Shown here: piece by piece, positions 7,974 through 15,503 of the stretch
Layout: every line of letters starts with the position of its first letter
How positions within the stretch are numbered: position 1 is the first letter of the stretch
NCBI GenBank assembly: GCA_005191425.1
Contig: SUPR01000070.1
Location: 1-19,391, forward strand
Source: Candidatus Helarchaeota ASGARD archaeon Hel_GB_B
GTDB lineage: Archaea; Asgardarchaeota; Lokiarchaeia; Helarchaeales; HEL-GB-B
DNA: 19,391 nt
Reading direction: 5' to 3'
Notes under the pieces: model-generated
The model's input: the letters and a program-made list of their open reading frames with translations, nothing else
Told to the model about the DNA's origin: nothing
The model's database searches: none
Made by a program: the position numbers and the translations under genes

Positions 7974-8972
7974 ATGATAAAGATGACTGAAACAAAAATA
8001 GAGCATATTTCGGGTAGTAAACCGAGTGAGGAGTTAGGATATGTATTTCAAGTCCAAAAGATGAGTACTGAAGATGGGCCAGGAATTCGCACAACTGTCT
8101 TTTTTAAAAAATGCCCATTAAGATGTGTTTGGTGCCATAACCCTGAATCAATTTCGGAAAAGCCTTCAATCCAATGGTTTAAAGTAAAATGTATTGGTTG
8201 CGGAACATGTGTTGAAGTCTGTCCTGAAAAAGCAATAATTCTTGATAGATCAGGAATACATATTAATAGAGAGATTTGTATTGCATGCGGAAAATGTACA
8301 GAAGAATGCCCTACAACTGCACTACAAAAATTTGGTAAATTTTGGAAATTAGATGATTTAATTAAAGAGGTAGCTAAAGATAAAGTATTCTATACTAATT
8401 CAAATGGTGGCATTACAGTTTCAGGCGGTGAACCAACCCAACAAGCGGATTTTATTGAAAGGTTTCTAAAAAAGTGCAAGGAACTTGGATTTCATACTGC
8501 ACTTGATACATGTGGATATGCCCCTAGGAAAATTTATGAGAGATTAATCCCATTTGTTGATTTATTTTTATATGATATTAAAGAAATTGATCCTGAAAAA
8601 CATAAAAAATATACTGGCGTCCCAAATAAATTAATTTTAGAAAATGCAATCTGGATAATCAAGAAATTAGATTCCTTAGGTAAAAAAATGTGGATAAGAA
8701 CTCCAGTTATACCAAATTATACTGCCACTGAAGAGAATATTCGCGGAATTGGAGAATTTATAGTTGAAAAACTTGAGAATAAAGTAGAACGATGGGATCT
8801 ACTTGCGTTTAATAATCTTGCGGCGGCTAAATATGAACGAATGGACATTGATTGGACTTGTAAAAATTTTGATTTACTATCAAAAGAAGAAATGAACCAT
8901 TTTCGAGATATAGCAAATAGTACTGGAGTAAATAATGTTGTTTGGTCAGGTCTAACTCGAAGTGAAGATTAA
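7974..8972 (+). CDS. Glycyl-radical enzyme activating enzyme (radical SAM with 2x[4Fe-4S] ferredoxin insert)
   Basis: EDGPGIRTTVFFKKCPLRCVWCHNPES (CxxxCxxC), CIGCGTCVEVCP and CIACGKCTEECP, GITVSGGEP, HTALDTCG, RTPVIP. The start may instead be the ATG at 7983. Confidence 0.93.
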   Translation: MIKMTETKIEHISGSKPSEELGYVFQVQKMSTEDGPGIRTTVFFKKCPLRCVWCHNPESISEKPSIQWFKVKCIGCGTCVEVCPEKAIILDRSGIHINREICIACGKCTEECPTTALQKFGKFWKLDDLIKEVAKDKVFYTNSNGGITVSGGEPTQQADFIERFLKKCKELGFHTALDTCGYAPRKIYERLIPFVDLFLYDIKEIDPEKHKKYTGVPNKLILENAIWIIKKLDSLGKKMWIRTPVIPNYTATEENIRGIGEFIVEKLENKVERWDLLAFNNLAAAKYERMDIDWTCKNFDLLSKEEMNHFRDIANSTGVNNVVWSGLTRSED

Positions 8973-9019
8973 ATTAATTAAAAAATATTTAGAAAAATTC
9001 TTGTATTTATTTAAATTTA

Positions 9020-10216
9020 TTATTGTTTGGACAATAAACTGGTTATATCCAGACCAAATCCGGGTAGTCTCCATAATGCCATTTCATAATGCCCAAGTAT
9101 CTCATTTTTTGTGAATTTACCATTACATGTTTTCTTAACAACTTTCCATAATATTTCGCTAATATCATCAATCGATTTATTTTTAGTAATAATTTCCGAT
9201 GCATCTACATCAATATTGCAGCTCATCCATTGGCATGTTTTTGGATTTCCACAAATTTTAATTACAGGACTTATTGGATTTCCCGTTGGTGTGCCTTGAC
9301 CAGTAGTCATTATTATTAACTGAGCTCCAGCTGCTGCAAGTCCAGTCATGGATTCAACATCTAAGCCTGGTTCGATCATTAACCATAGACCTTTACCTTT
9401 TGGTTTAGTTGAATACTCAACAACACCTTGAATAGGAGATTTCCCTGATTTAGCAATATTTCCCAATGATTTTTCTTCAATTGTTGTTAGCCCACCCTTT
9501 ATATTTCCAGGAGTTGGTTGGGTACCTCTAAAATCAATACCTAATTTTTTAGTGGATTCTATAAACATATTAATCGGTGCAATTATTTGATCAGCAATTT
9601 CTTGGTTGATTGCTCTTTTTATAAGGAGGTGCTCAGTACCTATCCATTCAGTAAATTCAGGAAGAATTGAAGTGCCACCAAGATTTATTATTTTATCAGA
9701 AATGATCCCGACTACAGGATTTGAAGTAATGCCAGAAATTGCGTCAGAACCACCACACTCTAGGCCAAGGACTAAATGTGAATAATCAAATGGTTCTTTT
9801 TTTATTTGTTTGGCTTCGAATGCCATTTTTCGGGCGATTTTTATCCCTTTTTCAATCGCGGCTATAGTTCCACCATTGATTTCTTGAATATCAAAAGATT
9901 CGACAGGTTTTTTAGTCTTACTAATTCGTTTGCTCAAAATGGAACTGGTCACGTTTTCACACCCTAGTCCAACAACAAGAACTCCGAAAACATTTGGATT
10001 ACTTGCTAGGCCAGCTAATGTTCGTACAGTATATTCAAAATCTGGGCCTATATGCCCGCATCCAAATTGGTGCGATAGGGCAATTGCATTTTCAACTTTT
10101 TCTGCAATTTTTTGTGCAACAACTGATGAGCAGACTACGCTCGGTAATATAACAATCTTATTTCTGATACCTACAGAACCATCTTCCCTTTCATAACCAA
10201 AAAATTCTTCGTTCAT
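9020..10216 (-). CDS. UxaA/GarD-family hydro-lyase, large subunit (altronate dehydratase / SuyB-like)
   Basis: HQFGCG, VGLGCE, LECGGSDAISG, GNIKGGLTTIEEKSLG, TTGQGTPTGNPISPVIKI. Confidence 0.9.
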   Translation of the reverse strand: MNEEFFGYEREDGSVGIRNKIVILPSVVCSSVVAQKIAEKVENAIALSHQFGCGHIGPDFEYTVRTLAGLASNPNVFGVLVVGLGCENVTSSILSKRISKTKKPVESFDIQEINGGTIAAIEKGIKIARKMAFEAKQIKKEPFDYSHLVLGLECGGSDAISGITSNPVVGIISDKIINLGGTSILPEFTEWIGTEHLLIKRAINQEIADQIIAPINMFIESTKKLGIDFRGTQPTPGNIKGGLTTIEEKSLGNIAKSGKSPIQGVVEYSTKPKGKGLWLMIEPGLDVESMTGLAAAGAQLIIMTTGQGTPTGNPISPVIKICGNPKTCQWMSCNIDVDASEIITKNKSIDDISEILWKVVKKTCNGKFTKNEILGHYEMALWRLPGFGLDITSLLSKQ

Positions 10217-10488
10217 TTTTTAAAACGCTCCAGATACGCACTCCGAACATTACGAGTATGAACCCAATCGCCTTGTTTAATATCTTTTTTTGCTTTACCA
10301 ATAATTTCCCCATATTTAATAACATAATCCCCTTTTTTTATATCATTAAGAGCAAATTTATGCCCAAATGGAATTTTTCTATTAATAATGATTATATTAT
10401 TTGCATATTCTACTTTTTCGCCTTCTTGTATTTCTTCTAGGGCTGTTGCTACATTATCTTCTTTGTCCATAACCAGAAATTTTGGCAT
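10213..10488 (-). CDS. UxaA-family SAF-domain small subunit (SuyA-like)
   Basis: DNVATAL...IPFGHKFALNDIKKGDYVIKYGEIIGKA...VHTRNV. ATGA overlap with the large subunit. Confidence 0.9.
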   Translation of the reverse strand: MPKFLVMDKEDNVATALEEIQEGEKVEYANNIIIINRKIPFGHKFALNDIKKGDYVIKYGEIIGKAKKDIKQGDWVHTRNVRSAYLERFKK

Positions 10489-10537
10489 TATTTTACAACT
10501 CTATCTTAAATTATTTCTTAATAACAATAAGAATTAC

Positions 10538-11077
10538 CTATTTTTGAATGGAATCAAAATATTTTTTAAATCGTTTGCCATTTTGGATATAGTATTCAGC
10601 ACCCATTTTAATTTTTTGACCCAACTTATCTATATCATCGAATTTTTTTACTAATTTAGCTGGTACTCCAGCCCATAATGTCCCAGATTCACAATGAGTC
10701 TCTTCTTTCAGGACTGCCCCTGCTGCTATTATTACATTGTCCTCAATAATTGCCCCATTTAATATGACTGATTGGATCCCAATTAATACATTATTACCTA
10801 TTTTTCCTGGCCCATGTACCATTGCATTATGCCCAATTACGACATAATCACCTATTTCCATTGAACTTCCAGGTTCGACATGTATAGTTGAATTGTCTTG
10901 GATACTTGTATTTTTACCTATTTTTAATGACCCAAGTTCACACCTAATTACAGAACCAAACCAAATATTTGTTCCCCTGTCTATTTCTACATTTCCAATA
11001 ATTGTAGCATTTGGTGCAATAAAACATTTTTCATGAATTCTGGGTTCTTTTTTATCTTGCGGAGAGGAGATTATCAT
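10538..11077 (-). CDS. Gamma-carbonic-anhydrase family (YrdA/CaiE/PaaY-like) left-handed beta-helix protein
   Basis: Hexapeptide repeats and three His ligands (H66 in IHV; H83 and H88 in GHNAMVH), plus IQDN and GVPAK. Confidence 0.9.
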   Translation of the reverse strand: MIISSPQDKKEPRIHEKCFIAPNATIIGNVEIDRGTNIWFGSVIRCELGSLKIGKNTSIQDNSTIHVEPGSSMEIGDYVVIGHNAMVHGPGKIGNNVLIGIQSVILNGAIIEDNVIIAAGAVLKEETHCESGTLWAGVPAKLVKKFDDIDKLGQKIKMGAEYYIQNGKRFKKYFDSIQK

Positions 11078-11824
11078 AAAGTAAAATTTGATGGAAACTT
11101 TATAAATGTTAGGTCTTAATAAAATTTCATTGATTTGAAGAAAATTTTAAGTTCATCTTAAAATTCTAAATATATATCATATCTATAAATTATATTATAA
11201 TCGAAAGTATTTGTTTTAGAAAAATTAGAATATTATATATGATAAAATTTTAAAAATTAAACCTAAAAAAAATTACCAAAAATTTACTTTAATTATATGA
11301 TTATTTATTTCTTTAAATAAATTATTAATTCTACAAAATGAATAATCTCAACTCTAAAACAATAAAAATATTCTGAAAACCTATACACATTTTAAATACT
11401 TAATTTCAACAACAGTTAATAAATATGTTAAATAATTAAAGAATTCAACACTTAAGAAAAAGACCTATAAAATGAAAACATTATTACTAAAAAATACTTA
11501 ATACGGAGAAAAGATGTTATGTGCAATGTTTTTGGGAAATAATATATACTTAATAGAAAAAAAAATTAAAAGTATTGTAAAATTTTTCTGAGAAATAAGA
11601 ATAAATATTAAACATAATTTCTGATTAAATCCTTTATAAATTTTATTAACCAATCTATATAGGTACATCAAATAGCACTTTTGAATTTAGTTTTATGTTT
11701 GGAATAAATTGCTGAATTTACTTACCAGAAATTAGGTATTTGATATATATTTTTAAGTATTTTTTAAAAGAGATTATTCAAAAATCGATTATTATTAAAA
11801 AGAAAAAGTTAGGATGAAAATAAA

Positions 11825-12613
11825 ATGACAACTCCAATTGATGAAAAAGTTATAAATTCAAAAAGCATTGCTTTTGTGGCAATAATGAGTGCATTAGGGA
11901 CATTGTTAGCTTTGTTTTCAGTTTATCTAGTACCTATCGCTGGCCCGCAAGTGGCTTTAGATCTTTCGCACATTGGGACATATATAGTAGCACTTAGTGG
12001 TGGTCCAATTTTAGGACTACTTACTGGAGCAATCGTTGGTTTTTTACCGTCATATAGGTTCGCAAATCCAGCTATAATGCCAGGAAAAATGATGACAGGG
12101 ATATTTGTAGGACTAATTTATGGACTTTTTCAAAAGATAAACCGTTTTAGAGATAACAAAATTTTTTCAGTAATAGCAATATTAGCTGCCAGTCTAATTG
12201 GATATATACCAGAGTTTATTTTTACTTGGTGGGATACAGTTTACATTGTTGGACTACCTTTCACAACAGTAGTTTTACCTATGTTAATAAAGGCTTGGGT
12301 TGAAATTATTACCATCTCAATTCTAATGACTATTTTATTTGAAATCCCATATATCAAAAATCAATTAGAAAGATTAGTCGGCTCTAAAATTAAACTTTCA
12401 ATTTATGATTATTTAATAAGCGCAATAATAACGATCCCAATATTTTCCATTACACTATATATTGCTTCGATGAGCACACTGATACCAATAGACCCATGGA
12501 GCTTTAAACCAGAAGTTTTTAGTTTAATTTTATGGATTAGTATGGGAATAGAAATAGGACTGATAAGTGGAACAGTAGCATATTATGCATATTCAAAAAT
12601 TAGAAAAAAGTAA
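11825..12613 (+). CDS. ECF transporter substrate-binding S component with C-terminal membrane extension
   Basis: N-terminal AxxxA (AIMSA) and LDLSHIGTYIVALSGGPILGLLTGAIVG, typical of RibU/PanT-like S components. Highly hydrophobic; substrate unknown. Confidence 0.75.
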   Translation: MTTPIDEKVINSKSIAFVAIMSALGTLLALFSVYLVPIAGPQVALDLSHIGTYIVALSGGPILGLLTGAIVGFLPSYRFANPAIMPGKMMTGIFVGLIYGLFQKINRFRDNKIFSVIAILAASLIGYIPEFIFTWWDTVYIVGLPFTTVVLPMLIKAWVEIITISILMTILFEIPYIKNQLERLVGSKIKLSIYDYLISAIITIPIFSITLYIASMSTLIPIDPWSFKPEVFSLILWISMGIEIGLISGTVAYYAYSKIRKK

Positions 12614-12851
12614 AAGATTTTAAATATTACATGGTAAATCAAGTAATTAGCAAAATGATCATAAGAACAATAAAAATTCTTGACTTTTTATCTTTATTTT
12701 TATTTCAAATATCTTAAAATTATATTTTGATGAAATTAACTTGGTAAAATAGTTTGGTTTGAATAAATAGTTAGAATAAAATTCTGGCAAACAATTTCCA
12801 ATACAATTAATTAAAAAATCCAATGATAGAGAAATAATTAAAATAAATGGA

Positions 12852-13949
12852 CTACTTTTTCTTTAGATTTATCTGATTTTTATCTATTTTTTTATGACAT
12901 TCAGGGCACTCCCCATAAACTTCAACATACTCTTTCCAATGATTTAAATGCCCTGCAGCTTTACAATATGGACACTCAAAAATATCTTTCTCACCTTTTT
13001 TAATTTCCATTCCACAAATAGCACATAAAACAGTAGCAATTTCAGTTTGTGTTAGTTTATTCTGACAAACAGGACAAGTACCACTCTTTTTTACCCATTC
13101 TACTAGATGTTTTTCGTGAAAAGTTGCATTACAAAAAGGACAGACTACTTTTTCTTCTTCTTTTATGAAATTGAAACAAATACCACACTTGTAAATATCA
13201 TTCCAGCAATATGGACATGATTCAGCGTTAGGGTCAATTTCCTTACCACAATGAGGACACCTATAAAGCGCTCCTTTTGGCTCATATTCAAAAATATTTT
13301 TTGCTATATCTATTTTTCCATCGATTTCCTTATTTTTTATCATTTCATTTAATATTGTGCTAATTACTTCAATTGATGTCCCTACATTATAAACAAGATC
13401 AACGAGGGGAATGTAAGTTGTATTATATTGTTCGTAAATAGCATCACAGACTAATTGAATTTCGTCCTTTAACTTCTTGATAACTTTATCATAATCAATT
13501 TTAATATAGAGCATCAAATTATTTACATTCATTTTTAAAATTGGGTCATTAGAAGCAACAGCTAAAGATAAATATGGTAATAATCTATCGATAAATGAAA
13601 TTTTCCCATTTTGTACTATTTTAAGCACTAGTTCTACCACTACATTCTTATCTACCTTTTTTTCTTTTGACCTTAAGATGTTAATCATCATGTCGATAGC
13701 AGGTTCATACTGAGCAGTATCAACAAGATATTTAACACTAGTTTCATCTATTCTAATGTTAGGGTCATTAATTTCTGGAGCATATGGAAAGGGAGCTTGA
13801 AATGTAGTTGCTTCTTCCTGGTTAATTTGTTCATTATGGGCCTCTGCAGAAGAAGTTGTACTTACTTTTTCTTCATCACTTAATGTTATATCATCTAATG
13901 CATTTAATGCATCATCAAATATCTCTTCATCTTTATCAGTCAATTCCAA
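12852..13949 (-). CDS. PCI-like winged helix + zinc ribbon + two tandem RING-like domains (putative E3 ligase)
   Basis: PCI-like IPLVDLVYNVGTSIEVISTILNEMIKNKEIDGKIDIAKNIFEY; CPHC..CPYC; two C-x2-C...C-x2-C-x4-H-x2-H-x3-(W/Y)-x6-C-P-x-C modules. TTG start. Confidence 0.8.
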   Translation of the reverse strand: MELTDKDEEIFDDALNALDDITLSDEEKVSTTSSAEAHNEQINQEEATTFQAPFPYAPEINDPNIRIDETSVKYLVDTAQYEPAIDMMINILRSKEKKVDKNVVVELVLKIVQNGKISFIDRLLPYLSLAVASNDPILKMNVNNLMLYIKIDYDKVIKKLKDEIQLVCDAIYEQYNTTYIPLVDLVYNVGTSIEVISTILNEMIKNKEIDGKIDIAKNIFEYEPKGALYRCPHCGKEIDPNAESCPYCWNDIYKCGICFNFIKEEEKVVCPFCNATFHEKHLVEWVKKSGTCPVCQNKLTQTEIATVLCAICGMEIKKGEKDIFECPYCKAAGHLNHWKEYVEVYGECPECHKKIDKNQINLKKK

Positions 13950-14056
13950 GAACCTTTAAAAAATAATTTAATTTAAAAAATTGATAAAATAAAAAATTCC
14001 TATTCTAAATTTTAGTAGATAAGTAATATATATTTTTTTCAAGTGTATTTAATTAT

Positions 14057-15160
14057 TTAAATTCTTTTTATATTTTTAAGACAAATAGGACATTGATGAG
14101 TTAATTGATATACTTCATTCCAGCAATGCTGATGAAATTTGGTATGACAATAGGGGCAAATAATTTTACATTCGCTGGTACCAGAAACTCCTTCAAGATC
14201 TAAAGTGATAGGTCTATTACAAGTTGGACATTTAAACTTGTGACATAATGCACAAACTTTTTCAGAATTTTTCAGTAATAAATCCTTAAATTCTTCAATA
14301 ATAGAGATAATTTTTTTATTTTTATCCCAGTAGTCTAATTGATAAGATATAAACTCAGATATTTTATTTGTCAAGCTCTCACTTTTTAATTTAGAAATTA
14401 GAGAAATTTCTGGAGCTTTTTTAGGATAATTTTCAGGTAATATAAACTCAAATTCAAATTTTTCTCCAGTTTCAATCTTTATATTAACATTGAAAATTAT
14501 TTTAGCACCTGATTGGACTAAACCTGCAATATACGGTTGGATTTCTTTCATTTCATAGAATATTCTAAGTCTGTGTTCTAATTTTTGAGCGATTTCATCA
14601 ACAACTGCAATAACACTACTCTCTGGCTTCCAATTTTTTAAAGTATTAATTTGTGAGATTTTAATGAATTTAGCAGTTTCAGGGGCTAATTTTACAGTAG
14701 GTGGAAGTTTGTCATAATAGATATCAAATTCAAAGTTTTTTATACCTTCATAATCAATTATTATTCGCAGCTTTTTAGGCCCAAGAGCAGTTATGTTATA
14801 ACTATAGGACAATTGTTCACCAATTTTATCTAAAACAGAAGAACTCATAATTAATCCTTCGATTTCACGAATAATTTCTATAACATGTTCAGGTCTGTTT
14901 TCATTCCATTTTTTTAATGTATACAGACTGGCTTTGGGAGTACCTAATATTACCTCTAATGAATTATCATATTGAATTTTTGGTTTAGAAGGATAATTAG
15001 AAAAATCTATAATAACCTCATAATTCGCATAGATAGATGCCGTTAAATATACTTTAATTATGCCAGTACCAAGAACATCAATCGAATACTCATATGCAAT
15101 ACGGTCTAACTCCTCTTGCACTAAATTTTTTGATTCATGTCTTCTAAATTTTTTATCCAT
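14057..15160 (-). CDS. Three tandem UBC-fold (UEV/RWD-like) repeats + C-terminal C4HC3 RING (FANCL-like architecture)
   Basis: Repeats carry NYPSKPKI / KLPPTVKL / LPENYPKKAPEI and TLKKW..HVIEIIREI / TLKNWKPESSVIAVVDEI / QLDYWDKNKKIISIIEEF. RING: CPTC...CPYC-x4-H-x2-C...CPIC. Confidence 0.8.
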   Translation of the reverse strand: MDKKFRRHESKNLVQEELDRIAYEYSIDVLGTGIIKVYLTASIYANYEVIIDFSNYPSKPKIQYDNSLEVILGTPKASLYTLKKWNENRPEHVIEIIREIEGLIMSSSVLDKIGEQLSYSYNITALGPKKLRIIIDYEGIKNFEFDIYYDKLPPTVKLAPETAKFIKISQINTLKNWKPESSVIAVVDEIAQKLEHRLRIFYEMKEIQPYIAGLVQSGAKIIFNVNIKIETGEKFEFEFILPENYPKKAPEISLISKLKSESLTNKISEFISYQLDYWDKNKKIISIIEEFKDLLLKNSEKVCALCHKFKCPTCNRPITLDLEGVSGTSECKIICPYCHTKFHQHCWNEVYQLTHQCPICLKNIKRI

Positions 15161-15503
15161 AGTAATTTTATTAGACCATTTAATATTTTTATTTTTTCTC
15201 TCCGTTTAAATAAAAAATATTCAAATTTTTTAAAAAAAGATATGCAAAAATAGGAACGATGAGGACTATTAATATAAAAAACTTTAAAAAGAAGCAAGAA
15301 TCGATTAAAGATCCAGTAGATATAAGAATTAAATTTTAATTTCATTAATTATTTGTGTATTAATTTTTATCATTTGACGCACTAACTTGACATAATATTT
15401 TCTTGTTAAAATTCATAAAAAAATTTAATTGAATTAATAATTTAAGATAATAATTAAAGGGTTAAATTTAAATATAAATGGATTCGTAATTGAATAGAAA
15501 AAA

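Noticed and set aside
5512-10215. Selenocysteine readthrough at TGA stops (feoA, SAF subunit)
   Set aside because: Both proteins are already full length at TGA, neither stop is at a catalytic Cys position, and no SECIS-like hairpin was seen.
7317-10654. Small ORFs 7317-7610, 7879-8094, 9111-9299, 9930-10196, 10258-10440 and 10388-10654
   Set aside because: All overlap well-supported genes on the opposite strand and show no recognisable motifs.
11078-11824. Riboswitch or ncRNA upstream of the ECF S component
   Set aside because: Extremely AT-rich, with no stable stems or FMN/TPP/cobalamin consensus visible by eye.
14273-15130. Calling the UBC repeats active E2 enzymes
   Set aside because: There is no Cys anywhere in aa 1-302 and no HPN motif, so no thioester can form.
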